A DNA stretch of 64,000 nt, taken from positions 4,873-68,872 of the forward strand of contig CAZTNI010000002.1 in assembly GCA_964615415.1 (NCBI GenBank), read 5' to 3'. The translations under genes were made by a program, and so were the position numbers. The stretch is from an uncultured Candidatus Saccharibacteria bacterium. Lineage in GTDB: Bacteria > Patescibacteriota > Minisyncoccia > Phycocordibacterales > SBAW01. Positions 37,661-46,389 of this stretch are shown here, one piece after another (positions within the stretch are counted from its first letter, which is position 1; every line of letters starts with the position of its first letter). Below the pieces are notes generated by a model. It saw only the letters and a list, made by a program, of their open reading frames with translations. It ran no database searches and was not told the origin of the DNA.

Positions 37661-38071
37661 ATGATACGCACATTTTTTGTAACTCTGGCACTCCTCCTTT
37701 CGCCGCTATTTGTCTTTGCACAAGGAGGAGGGTTTGATACACCAGGTGGTGGTGTTGATACTGCAGGAGGAGGAGTCGACAATGCCTACTCGCTCCAGAA
37801 TCCTCTTAACGTTAGCTCTGTTCCGGAGCTCCTCGACCGATTTTTCCAAGCGATTCTTATAATTGTAGTGCCGTTTGCGGTTTTGTTTATTGTCTACGCT
37901 GGTTTTCGGCTTATTCTTGCGCGTGGTAATCCGAAGGAGCTTGCAACCGCGAAGCGTCAGCTCCTTTATACACTGCTTGGTATCGCAATTGTTATCAGTG
38001 CCTCAATCATCATCAATATCCTGATAGACACCGCGTGTCAGGTTGATATTAGAGGTGTGTCTGACTGCTAG
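37661..38071 (+). CDS. pilin-like small protein, copy 1 (signal peptide + 2 TM; VirB2/TrbC-like architecture)
   Basis: Signal peptide ...VFAQ; Gly-rich mature N-terminus; helix - NPKELATAKRQ loop - helix; ends in NILID. Confidence 0.55.
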   Translation: MIRTFFVTLALLLSPLFVFAQGGGFDTPGGGVDTAGGGVDNAYSLQNPLNVSSVPELLDRFFQAILIIVVPFAVLFIVYAGFRLILARGNPKELATAKRQLLYTLLGIAIVISASIIINILIDTACQVDIRGVSDC

Positions 38072-38073
38072 CT

Positions 38074-38409
38074 ATGTTTGAAGACGTCCGTACATTTGCA
38101 GACTTTGTGGCCGTTATAGTCGGCTATGTAAACCTTATTGTAGGGTTGTTAGCCTCGATAGCGTTGTTGATGTTTTTAGTAAACATTGTGCGTTTTGTAT
38201 TTGAAATCTCGAGCGGAAAGTATAAAGCAGAGCGTAAAAAGGCAATTATGTGGAGTGTTGTTGCGCTCTTCGTCCTTTTTTCTATTGCAGGCATTGTCCG
38301 TGTGTTGATGGTTACATTGTTGCCTAACGAAACGTACCGGGAGTCCTGGACCACAGACCGTACAAACTACCCGAACCAGTACCCGGTCGACATAGACTCG
38401 CTTAACTAG
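38074..38409 (+). CDS. pilin-like small protein, copy 2
   Basis: The same helix - basic loop (SSGKYKAERKKAIMW) - helix module; starts 3 nt after copy 1. Confidence 0.5.
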   Translation: MFEDVRTFADFVAVIVGYVNLIVGLLASIALLMFLVNIVRFVFEISSGKYKAERKKAIMWSVVALFVLFSIAGIVRVLMVTLLPNETYRESWTTDRTNYPNQYPVDIDSLN

Positions 38410-38488
38410 TTGTCCACAGGAAGGCCCGCTGGGCCTTGAGGCAGGGGTTGGGTCTGCTACAGTTAAGGCATATAAGTATTAATATTGT

Positions 38489-38836
38489 ATGAAAAAGTTA
38501 CTTGCAGCTTCGTCTTTGATATATGCTCTTCCGTTCGTTGCGTTTGCACAGACAGACGCAAAAGATACTATTACTCAGCTTGTGGAAGCACTAGGAGGTA
38601 TCGTAGATCTTCTTATCCCAATAATGATCGGTTTGGCTCTCGTTATCTTCTTCTGGGGTCTTATCCGCTTCGTATTTAACCAGGGTAGCGATAAAGCAGC
38701 AGCTGCTAAGAAGTACATGCTTTGGAGCGTTATCGCACTCTTCATCATGGTGTCTATCATGGGCATTATCGGAGTGATCCGCACCACCTTGGGTGTTAAC
38801 GAGGATTCAACTATAAAGGCTCCAAGTATTAACTAA
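38489..38836 (+). CDS. pilin-like small protein, copy 3
   Basis: Signal peptide ...AFAQ; LIPIMIGLALVIFFWGLIRFVF - NQGSDKAAAAKKY - MLWSVIALFIMVSIMGIIGVI. Confidence 0.55.
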   Translation: MKKLLAASSLIYALPFVAFAQTDAKDTITQLVEALGGIVDLLIPIMIGLALVIFFWGLIRFVFNQGSDKAAAAKKYMLWSVIALFIMVSIMGIIGVIRTTLGVNEDSTIKAPSIN

Positions 38837-38842
38837 TTCTGA

Positions 38843-39118
38843 ATGGATCCGCGCTCGTTTACACAGAGTCTCTCGGACAATGTTATCCAGCCCTTCATAC
38901 TCTTGTTCTTCGCGCTCGGGTTCCTGATCTTCGTCTACGGTATTGTGGAGTACGTGTGGGGTCTTTCGACCGACACGCTTGCTAAGGAAAACGGCAAGAA
39001 GCACATGCTCTGGGGAGTCATCGGTATGTTTATCATGGCGGGTGCGTATGGGATCTTTAACCTCATGGTGGATCTGATAGGCGCTCCAGTCGGTGTCGAC
39101 ACTATCTGGCGAGACTAA
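38843..39118 (+). CDS. pilin-like small protein, copy 4
   Basis: FILLFFALGFLIFVYGIVEYVW - AKENGKKH - MLWGVIGMFIMAGAYGIF; same module. Confidence 0.5.
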   Translation: MDPRSFTQSLSDNVIQPFILLFFALGFLIFVYGIVEYVWGLSTDTLAKENGKKHMLWGVIGMFIMAGAYGIFNLMVDLIGAPVGVDTIWRD

Positions 39119-39135
39119 AAAACAGACAAAAGAAA

Positions 39136-39170
39136 AACGGCGGGCCCTGAAAAGGGTCCGCCGTTTGCGT
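39136..39170. terminator. bidirectional rho-independent terminator
   Basis: AACGGCGGGCCC-tgaaaa-GGGTCCGCCGTT with an A-run upstream and TTGCGTT downstream. Confidence 0.7.
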
Positions 39171-39181
39171 TGTAGAAGGTA

Positions 39182-40063
39182 CTAGAAACAGACGTAGAGG
39201 CTGGTGCGTGGTGAGTGCGGAATGCAGAGCGTGTGCGAGATGGTCGCCTCTGCGGTAACTGCCTGCACCGAGTAGATGCTGTACGCAGTTACCACCACGT
39301 CGCCGCGCACACAGGCGCGGTCTATCACCACTTCGCCCGCGCGGTTGAGGAAGGCAACACAGCCCGACTCGACCACCCAGCGTAGCTCGCAGCCGTTTGC
39401 ACTGATTACTCGCGGTTCTTCTCCTGCCCGAAGGGGGAGAAGTTCCGACGTGCCAGGGCACGCGGCTGCTGCTGCACTTTCAGAAAATGGCCACCACATT
39501 GTCTCTACGATCTGGGCGCGTGCCGAGGAGACGAGCCCCAAGGTCACAACGACCGCAAAGAAGGTGAGTGCAAGATGGTTAGGCTTCATCGCGCCGGGGC
39601 TTATCATCGAAATGATGATGAGGACGACGAGGTAGGCGATCGACCCCACGAGAATACCCACCAAGATAAGAAGAGCGATGTCTGTCACGAAGGACAAGAC
39701 CGGCTCTGGGATCACCCTGGTAACATTCTCGTACACTTCCGGCGGCACAATCGTCACGAGGGCGGTCAGGCCGATGGTAAGGAAGAGAACCGGAGCCCAT
39801 GCCCACCAGTACCGCCAGATGCTGCTTCGTCCGGACGATGTGTCCGACGAAGAGGTTTCAGAGGCGTGTTCCTCGTGCCCATGATCCTCCGCGTGTTCGT
39901 CGTGGTGGTCGTCTGCATGATGGTCGGTGTGAGGTGCCGGAGCAGTCATGGTCTCCTTGATCCTTTTGGTGCGACGATGGTCGCGATACAAGCCAAGGGC
40001 GACGATACTGAAGAGCAGTAACGCCCCCACTAGAGCAAGTGTTGCTATCTGTCCTACTGTCAT
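39182..40063 (-). CDS. polytopic membrane protein with a His-rich loop and a C-terminal soluble domain (possibly NfeD-like)
   Basis: HTDHHADDHHDEHAEDHGHEEH tract; four TM helices; C-terminal approximately 100-aa soluble domain; start overlaps the upstream SPFH gene stop (ATGA). Confidence 0.45.
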   Translation of the reverse strand: MTVGQIATLALVGALLLFSIVALGLYRDHRRTKRIKETMTAPAPHTDHHADDHHDEHAEDHGHEEHASETSSSDTSSGRSSIWRYWWAWAPVLFLTIGLTALVTIVPPEVYENVTRVIPEPVLSFVTDIALLILVGILVGSIAYLVVLIIISMISPGAMKPNHLALTFFAVVVTLGLVSSARAQIVETMWWPFSESAAAAACPGTSELLPLRAGEEPRVISANGCELRWVVESGCVAFLNRAGEVVIDRACVRGDVVVTAYSIYSVQAVTAEATISHTLCIPHSPRTSLYVCF

Positions 40064-41370
40064 GGAGTGTCAGGTCCTTGTGGCGGAGTAGTGCCGCTGG
40101 TACGGTTTCTCCGGTCAGGGTTGCGCAGAGCGTCGAGAATAGCCACCTGTACTGGATCAACGGACGGGCCGCTGGTGCCAGGGAGGATAACCATTCCGCC
40201 TGCTTCGCCGGCAGCTTTCGCTGCACGGACCATTCCTTCGATGTGCGGAATCGCTTCCGCACCTGGGTGAGTCTTGAGAGCCTCGCCCTGTTCGCGAATG
40301 TCGGCTGCCTTGCCTTTTGCGCGCTCTTCCATCGCCTGACGGTCGATGCGAGCAATGGCGAGGTCGCCGAGAGCATCATATCGACTCTTGTCAGACGGGC
40401 TGATGTCGAGTACTTGGACAGAGGGAAGTGCGATGCCGAACTCAACGGCAGCGCCCTGCATGATGACGCCTCTTATAATGCGACCATTCTCGTTGAGAAT
40501 AGTTTCTTCGAGCTCGCGCACTAGCGCAGGACTTTCCGCCGACAACACAGCTTCAAGAGGCCGGGGCCTCGTATAATGCGTTACCGAGTCAGAGATCGTT
40601 GCGATAAGACGTGTACCCCAGTCGTCGTCCGAATTGTACGCAGTGAGGTGCGGATTGAATACCCGCGCTATTGCGTTGACAAGGATTTCGACCGGGATCT
40701 TGTCCTTCGTGTCGGCAGCCGGTACCCGCAAGGGGAACTGGAAGTCGCCGACGCGATAGTGGTCGCTCCAGTCAAGGAGTCGACGAAGTTCGATCTCGCC
40801 ACCGCTTTGCGTGATCTTCTTGAAGTGCTCAAGAGGATAGGTGCGGACTTTCTGGAACGGGTAGATGCCGGTAAAGACAGCACCCGTCAACCAGTACACC
40901 CACTCCTTCCACAACCAGAAGAGAATGCTGAGCGGCGAGTAGAAGATCCAGAGTATTGTCCATATCCCGTACAATCGCTTGGTGGGAAATGGAATAGGAT
41001 CTGAGCCGCCTGAGTAGATAGAAGGGACTACCTCCCAGTAGTGAACGTCTCGGATGGTGTAGCCGCTTGCAGGATCTTCGCCGAGGAACATCTTGTCGTG
41101 CGATTTCATAATCGCGTACTTAAAGAGGTCGCCTCGCTCGATTATCTTCACCTTCTCGGGTTCGATGTAGGTGAAGTAGCCAAAGTCCGACTTCTCGTGG
41201 TCTGGTGCTGTGCCGAGGTCGTCGTGCACGGTGTCCGTAGTGCCGCGGTATTTATTTGGCCTGTTGGTGAGTCTGTCGATAAGACCCGGCCACAATGGCA
41301 GCAGAAAGAGAAACAAAACTACGCTACCAAGAATGCCCAGTGCGTAGCCAAGAACCGGATCTACGATCAT
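40060..41370 (-). CDS. SPFH/band-7 (stomatin/flotillin-like) domain protein with an unusual 180-aa N-terminal 2-TM region
   Basis: SPFH core pattern (TKDKIPVEILVNAIARV...VEFGIALPSVQVLDISPSD) plus a coiled-coil tail; about 60% GC. Confidence 0.65.
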   Translation of the reverse strand: MIVDPVLGYALGILGSVVLFLFLLPLWPGLIDRLTNRPNKYRGTTDTVHDDLGTAPDHEKSDFGYFTYIEPEKVKIIERGDLFKYAIMKSHDKMFLGEDPASGYTIRDVHYWEVVPSIYSGGSDPIPFPTKRLYGIWTILWIFYSPLSILFWLWKEWVYWLTGAVFTGIYPFQKVRTYPLEHFKKITQSGGEIELRRLLDWSDHYRVGDFQFPLRVPAADTKDKIPVEILVNAIARVFNPHLTAYNSDDDWGTRLIATISDSVTHYTRPRPLEAVLSAESPALVRELEETILNENGRIIRGVIMQGAAVEFGIALPSVQVLDISPSDKSRYDALGDLAIARIDRQAMEERAKGKAADIREQGEALKTHPGAEAIPHIEGMVRAAKAAGEAGGMVILPGTSGPSVDPVQVAILDALRNPDRRNRTSGTTPPQGPDTP

Positions 41371-41485
41371 GTTTTTTCCTTTCGAAGAGCTAGGGTTGTG
41401 CGGATATGCACCGCTCTGCGGCGCATTTTATCATATTTCGAGCAAAAAGTCAAGCTACAATAGCCTTATGTTGCAACGTATTTTG

Positions 41486-41567
41486 TGGGCGAGGGGAGAC
41501 TCGAACTCCCAATCCGTGAGGAACGTGGTCCTAAGCCACGCGCGTATACCAATTCCGCCACTCGCCC
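41486..41567 (-). tRNA. tRNA-Leu (anticodon TAG)
   Basis: Long variable arm; anticodon loop CTTAGGA; acceptor GGGCGAG/CTCGCCC. Confidence 0.85.
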
Positions 41568-41653
41568 GTATAGTTCGATTGTAGTCTAAGAAAGATCATT
41601 TGTCGCCGGAGGGTATAGAAATTTTCTCATTTTTGTTGTAATTTATAGAAATC

Positions 41654-41726
41654 GCGCCCATAGCTCAGTTGGTAGAGCTGCTCCCTCTTAAGGAGAAGGT
41701 CGTAGGTTCGAATCCTACTGGGCGCA
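41654..41726 (+). tRNA. tRNA-Lys (anticodon CTT)
   Basis: 73 nt; anticodon loop CTCTTAA; GGTTCGAATCC T-arm. Confidence 0.9.
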
Positions 41727-41735
41727 CAAATTGTG

Positions 41736-42599
41736 CTAAAAAAGTTTTCCGGGCATGAATCGCCACAGGAGTGGCGGGAGTTCCACAAGGTGTGTACAGA
41801 ATTGTTTTTTAAATTGCGAAAATCCTTTCCAGTGTTTGTCTTTGCCAGGGCCCCAAAATAATCCTAAATGTACAAAGCGCACACCCCGAGTAGCTGCCTC
41901 TCGGTGCCAGTAGTCCATGAGTCCGATCATGAGCGGGTCTTTACTTACTTCGTCTTGTATAAAGCCTGCTATGTAGTAGGTGCTTTTGGTGCTAGGCGAC
42001 CATAGGGTGGAGATCCCTGCCACTACTCTTCCTTTTGCGTCGCGGACACCGTATAGCTCGGTGTACGGTGTGTTTTGTATACAGTTACGTTCTGTGTAGG
42101 CAAGTTGCTGGTCGCCAATGTTTCTATACACAAAACTTTTTTTGTATGCAGCACTAAATTCTTCCATCGTAATAGGAGTGATTGTGTATGTGTTGTTCGC
42201 AACAAGAGTGAGCCATTTTTTGCAATAGCGTTTTGCAGTCGGTGCCCACGCGTCGTGGTAATCAGAGTTAAGGCTAAGGTCCGCGAAGCCGATTATTTCC
42301 GCAGGGCGTTTTGAAAATTGGTGCCATCCTTTTGGAATATCGCGGCGCCGCACGCGCGACCATGCAATAAAGCGAGGCGGCGGTGTACCAATGCGTGCTG
42401 CACTCGCAAGGTCTGGCTCCGTGTCGCTTATATATTTTTCAAAAAAAAGAGGCCAAATACCCCAGCGCAATCCTTTAGGGTGGGTGAGCAGTTCAAGAGA
42501 TTTTTGTGAGGAGGGAGGAGCGGTGGTGAGGTGATACTCAGGCCACTCTTCTTTAAGAGAGCATTCTTGGGGAATCGTCGTTTTAAAATGATCCTCCAT
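41736..42599 (-). CDS. FemAB-family (GNAT-fold) aminoacyltransferase-like protein
   Basis: C-terminal pattern IGLMDYWHREAATRGVRFVHLGLF...WKGFSQFKKQF resembles the FemAB/MurM C-terminus. The longer ORF upstream is a translation artefact of tRNA-Leu. Confidence 0.45.
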   Translation of the reverse strand: MEDHFKTTIPQECSLKEEWPEYHLTTAPPSSQKSLELLTHPKGLRWGIWPLFFEKYISDTEPDLASAARIGTPPPRFIAWSRVRRRDIPKGWHQFSKRPAEIIGFADLSLNSDYHDAWAPTAKRYCKKWLTLVANNTYTITPITMEEFSAAYKKSFVYRNIGDQQLAYTERNCIQNTPYTELYGVRDAKGRVVAGISTLWSPSTKSTYYIAGFIQDEVSKDPLMIGLMDYWHREAATRGVRFVHLGLFWGPGKDKHWKGFSQFKKQFCTHLVELPPLLWRFMPGKLF

Positions 42600-42609
42600 A
42601 TGTACTACT

Positions 42610-42700
42610 TGGTGCCGGGAGTGGGAATCGAACCCACACGAGCGTTTAACGGCTCCCAGGATTTTAAGTCCTGTATGTCTACCAATTCCATCATCCCGGC
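42610..42700 (-). tRNA. tRNA-Leu (anticodon TAA)
   Basis: 91 nt with CCA; anticodon loop CTTAAAA; long variable arm. Confidence 0.9.
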
Positions 42701-42728
42701 AATACACGCCATGATAGATGCGTATGCG

Positions 42729-43643
42729 TTAGTACGCAATACCAGCAATAGTGTCTCCTTTGCGCAGTGACATAGTTTCCTTGCGCCACAAGACGGTACC
42801 GCTTCGAGGCGCCTGCACACTTTCTGTAAGGGTGTCCGTGTAATTTCTATAGACGCCAAGTTCTTCTCCTTCTGTAATGGTGCTGCCTTGGTGTGTCGGG
42901 GTAAACAGGCCGTTTTGTGGTGCGTGCACTTTTTCGACATGGGTAAAAATCGTAGAGGGTGCTGTAGCGCGATAAGTAGCGGGAGGGATCATCCCATACT
43001 GTTGCATGACCGATTCTGTCCATGCTACTTGTTGTGCGACCATGTGTGCCTCGCGGGTGCCGCGGCCTCCTGCTTCGGTTAGAACGTGTGCGCAGTTGTG
43101 GTTTGCAAGGATTACTGCCTGCTCGCTTCCTCTCGCTGTTTCCTGTACCACAAAAGCAGCGGGATTGGTTGCGAGCCACGCTGCAGTACGAGCATCGACT
43201 GTTTCTATTCCTGTGGTGTATACCCACACAAAAGGAGTAGGTATGGTTTCAGTGAGTGCGCCTGCGTGCAGGTCGACCCAGCAGTCGGCGTGGAACGCAT
43301 ACGTTTCGGTAAGCCAGTGCATGAGTTGGTCGGTTGCTGTGCCGTGTGCCTTGCCGGGGAATACAAACTTAGGGTACTTGTTGTCGACAGGATTCTTACT
43401 GGTTTCCGCCTTAAATCCTTCAATGTTTACAATCGGGATTAAAATAAGTCTTCCTGCAAAATCTCGAGTCTTGTATTTTTTGTGTAGCGCGTACACAGCT
43501 TCAATTCCTGTATACTCGTCTCCATCCATGCCAGCGGTAACAAGAAGAGTTTTGCCTGGGCGTGTACCGGTATGTTCGAACACCGGGATATTTTTAGTGA
43601 TGGGTTGCAAAGAAGACGATGTCTTAAAAAAACGCCGCAACAT
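42729..43643 (-). CDS. AstE/AspA-family (succinylglutamate desuccinylase/aspartoacylase-like) zinc hydrolase
   Basis: LLVTAGMDGDEYTGIEAV (GxHGxE-like Zn site) and DLHAG second metal-ligand region. Confidence 0.6.
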   Translation of the reverse strand: MLRRFFKTSSSLQPITKNIPVFEHTGTRPGKTLLVTAGMDGDEYTGIEAVYALHKKYKTRDFAGRLILIPIVNIEGFKAETSKNPVDNKYPKFVFPGKAHGTATDQLMHWLTETYAFHADCWVDLHAGALTETIPTPFVWVYTTGIETVDARTAAWLATNPAAFVVQETARGSEQAVILANHNCAHVLTEAGGRGTREAHMVAQQVAWTESVMQQYGMIPPATYRATAPSTIFTHVEKVHAPQNGLFTPTHQGSTITEGEELGVYRNYTDTLTESVQAPRSGTVLWRKETMSLRKGDTIAGIAY

Positions 43644-43686
43644 GTGCTGAGCATAGCATGCGACCCGTGCATGATAAAATGCTGCA

Positions 43687-45201
43687 ATGGACGAAACGCT
43701 GCGCGACCTTCAAGACGACCTGACGGAACTGTATGAACTCGTGATAGGGGCGCATACTAAACTAGTTGCGTATGAGCACAGGCTCGACTCTTCGCGCGCT
43801 GTGTTCTATTCTCCAACCTTTTCCTATCTCAAAACAACAAGTGCTGCGTTAAAGGAACAATGTGCTTCCGTGCGGGATGATATACAAAAGTTACTCAATA
43901 CTGTTGAGCAGTGGACTACAGAGGATGTTCCTCGACTGTGCGAAGCAAAAAAACAGTACGCAGACCTTGTGCGCGTGTTCTATAGCACGCTTGGGTCGGT
44001 ATTATCTGCCGACTTGTGGCAGTCGCCGTCGTTTGTACACTCCGCTATGTCCCAAGCTGGTCGAGAAACAGGAAGCATTGGCGCTTCAGAAAATGATTAC
44101 AAACGAGACTTACATGCCGAGGAAAAGAAATACAGTAATTTGTTCGTGCAAGAATACATTGACCACAGTATGCGATTTTCTCCCGTTGCGTATGCAACGA
44201 ATAGCGGCATGGCCGCTGTTACTACAGTGCTTACTCATCTGGTAAAAACTGTAGAGCCTCAGGACGTGGTGCTTGCGGGGAAGTCTAGTTACTTTCAAAA
44301 CAAATGGGCGCTCGAACATATATTCCCTGGAAAGGTAGTGTATGTTGATGAGTTTGATACAGAGCAGATTATCGAACTTGCGCGGACGCGTCGCCCGGCG
44401 CTGGTATTTCTCGACTCGTTGTGTGGTGCCGAAGCACTACCTGTGCCAAATCTGTCGGTGTTGCTGCGGTCATTGGTCGAGGTGTTGCCGAGTCGTGCAA
44501 CGATAGTGCTAGATAATACTGGGCTAGGAGTGCTGTATCAGCCACTTAACGATGTGCCACTTCGCGCAAATGGGCCACGGCTACTGGTGGTTGAAAGTTT
44601 GATTAAATATCATCAGTTCGGGTTTGATCGTGTAAATGCAGGAATTGTATGGGCGCCAAAATTTGCTGAACGAGGGCTTTTCCAAGCACGGATGCACCTC
44701 GGCACTATTATTCCTGAGGCGTCTGTGCTCTCACTGCCTACTCCTAATCGCGTCCTACTTGAAAAACGTATGCGTCGGGTAGGAAGAAACGCTTTCTATC
44801 TTGCACAAACTCTTGATGCTCGTCTGGTGGACAAGCAAAGCAGTATTTCCCATGTTGTATATCCAGGGTTGCCGTCGTATTCGGGATACGCGTGGACCAA
44901 AGACCTCCCATTTCAGGGTGGATTTATCGTCTTGTCGTTTAAAGAAAAATATAAAAACGTAAAACGGTACGATGCGTTTATTCAGTCCGTGCTTATGCAT
45001 GCAAAAAAAGCAGGAGTAGACCTAATTGGCGGAACGAGTTTCGGGTTTAATACGACTCGCGTGTATGTGACCGCACGCTACGCAACAGACATAACAGAGC
45101 CCTTTGTGCGTATTTCCGCAGGCACAGAGACGCGACAAGAAATTGAAGCAGTTGCCCAAGTACTTGTGCGCGCTATTGATGATGTATCTTCTGCCTCATA
45201 A
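43687..45201 (+). CDS. PLP-dependent Cys/Met-metabolism family enzyme with an extra approximately 150-aa N-terminal domain
   Basis: C-terminal two thirds match the cystathionine gamma-synthase/lyase fold (LVVESLIKYHQFGFDRVNAGIV with the PLP-Lys context; GTSFGFNTTRVYVTARYA...RISAGTE). Confidence 0.6.
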   Translation: MDETLRDLQDDLTELYELVIGAHTKLVAYEHRLDSSRAVFYSPTFSYLKTTSAALKEQCASVRDDIQKLLNTVEQWTTEDVPRLCEAKKQYADLVRVFYSTLGSVLSADLWQSPSFVHSAMSQAGRETGSIGASENDYKRDLHAEEKKYSNLFVQEYIDHSMRFSPVAYATNSGMAAVTTVLTHLVKTVEPQDVVLAGKSSYFQNKWALEHIFPGKVVYVDEFDTEQIIELARTRRPALVFLDSLCGAEALPVPNLSVLLRSLVEVLPSRATIVLDNTGLGVLYQPLNDVPLRANGPRLLVVESLIKYHQFGFDRVNAGIVWAPKFAERGLFQARMHLGTIIPEASVLSLPTPNRVLLEKRMRRVGRNAFYLAQTLDARLVDKQSSISHVVYPGLPSYSGYAWTKDLPFQGGFIVLSFKEKYKNVKRYDAFIQSVLMHAKKAGVDLIGGTSFGFNTTRVYVTARYATDITEPFVRISAGTETRQEIEAVAQVLVRAIDDVSSAS

Positions 45202-45781
45202 ATACGTTGTGCAGTCAGAAAAGAACGGCCCTATAACCGTGCAACAGTTTCTTAATCGTGTAACAGTCTACGCAGGAGGTTTCGAACAGACGGGTCCGTA
45301 TGTAACCGGGTTGTGGCGTACTGCGCTACGCAAAGTTGCGGGAGCGCCTGTAAAGCGAGTATTGCTTTTGGGGTTAGGTGGAGGTCGCCATGTAAGAGAA
45401 GTAGAAAAAGCGTTTCCGAATGCAGCGATTACGGCAATAGAGTGGGATCCTGCTATGGTTGCTATAGCAAAAAAAGTTGCAGGGTGGCACACAGAACCAA
45501 CGATAGTAGTAGGAGACGTTTATGATGTGGTTCCGACGTTGCCGTCTCATGCATACGACCTGATATGTATAGATGCATTTTTTGGTGATACTCCCGAACC
45601 TCGGATTGCGGAAGGAAACACACTCCAGGCACTACAAAAAATTCTTGCTCCGAACGGCACTATTTTGATTAATATTTCTCGGCATCTGGAGTTTATTTCA
45701 GCTTTTGAACAAGTGTTTTCAGTAGAAGAGGTGTGGAAATTTAAACAAAATACCTGCGTACGAGCGAGCGCTAAACACTAG
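45179..45781 (+). CDS. spermidine-synthase-like (class I SAM MTase fold) protein
   Basis: VLLLGLGGGRHVREV, ITAIEWDP, DLICIDAFFG - spermidine/spermine synthase family pattern. Confidence 0.55.
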   Translation: MMYLLPHKYVVQSEKNGPITVQQFLNRVTVYAGGFEQTGPYVTGLWRTALRKVAGAPVKRVLLLGLGGGRHVREVEKAFPNAAITAIEWDPAMVAIAKKVAGWHTEPTIVVGDVYDVVPTLPSHAYDLICIDAFFGDTPEPRIAEGNTLQALQKILAPNGTILINISRHLEFISAFEQVFSVEEVWKFKQNTCVRASAKH

Positions 45782-45789
45782 TTTTAAAG

Positions 45790-45817
45790 AAAAAAGCCCA
45801 GGTAAGGGCTTTTGTTT
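45790..45817. terminator. bidirectional rho-independent terminator
   Basis: AAAAGCCC-aggtaa-GGGCTTTT followed by GTTT. Confidence 0.7.
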
Positions 45818-45826
45818 AACTAAGTG

Positions 45827-46216
45827 CTAGTTGATTCTCTGAAGAAGTTCAGTCAGGTCGGTGACTTTGTCTTCGTTGATCTCTTTACGATGTTGATCGG
45901 TCACGTGCTCGTAGAGCTCGCCGAAAGGATGATGTCTGAATGAGCCTATGACCGAGTCGGTCACAGTTTCATGATAAAGCACATTTCCGTTTTCGTCTTG
46001 GAATGAGAACGCAAGATAGACCCCTTCAATCCAATTCTTTAGCTCTATGGAGACAGACAGAATTTTTCCATCACCCATTTCAAAACGATAGAGATTTTTT
46101 ATGCTTGTATCTCTTGTGAACGACTTAGAAAGAAGTCGTCGCACAATTTCGGTCTGTAGTTTCTCCTTGGGGGAGAGGTAGCGCTTCGCGAGTGCGTTGT
46201 CAATTGCTTCCAACAT
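45827..46216 (-). CDS. hypothetical protein
   Basis: ORF starting MLEAIDNALAKRY; no recognisable motif. Confidence 0.4.
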   Translation of the reverse strand: MLEAIDNALAKRYLSPKEKLQTEIVRRLLSKSFTRDTSIKNLYRFEMGDGKILSVSIELKNWIEGVYLAFSFQDENGNVLYHETVTDSVIGSFRHHPFGELYEHVTDQHRKEINEDKVTDLTELLQRIN

Positions 46217-46280
46217 TGAGACCTCCACAGAAGAACAATCAAAAAAACTATAACACAAATCTACAGAATATCAAAACTAG

Positions 46281-46352
46281 AGGCCACGGCGGGAATCGAA
46301 CCCGCGCATGAGGGTTTTGCAGACCCTTGTCTTACCACTTGACTACGTGGCC
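46281..46352 (-). tRNA. tRNA-Cys (anticodon GCA)
   Basis: Anticodon loop CTGCAAA; discriminator U73, as is typical of tRNA-Cys. Confidence 0.9.
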
Positions 46353-46389
46353 TTTTACGAACCCTTTTACTCTAGCGCACTCGGCGGAC

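Noticed and set aside
42531-42770. A 79-aa + strand ORF containing GVGIEPTRAFNG
   Set aside because: It is the translation of the reverse complement of tRNA-Leu(TAA), specifically the GGTTCGATTCC T-arm, so it is not a protein.
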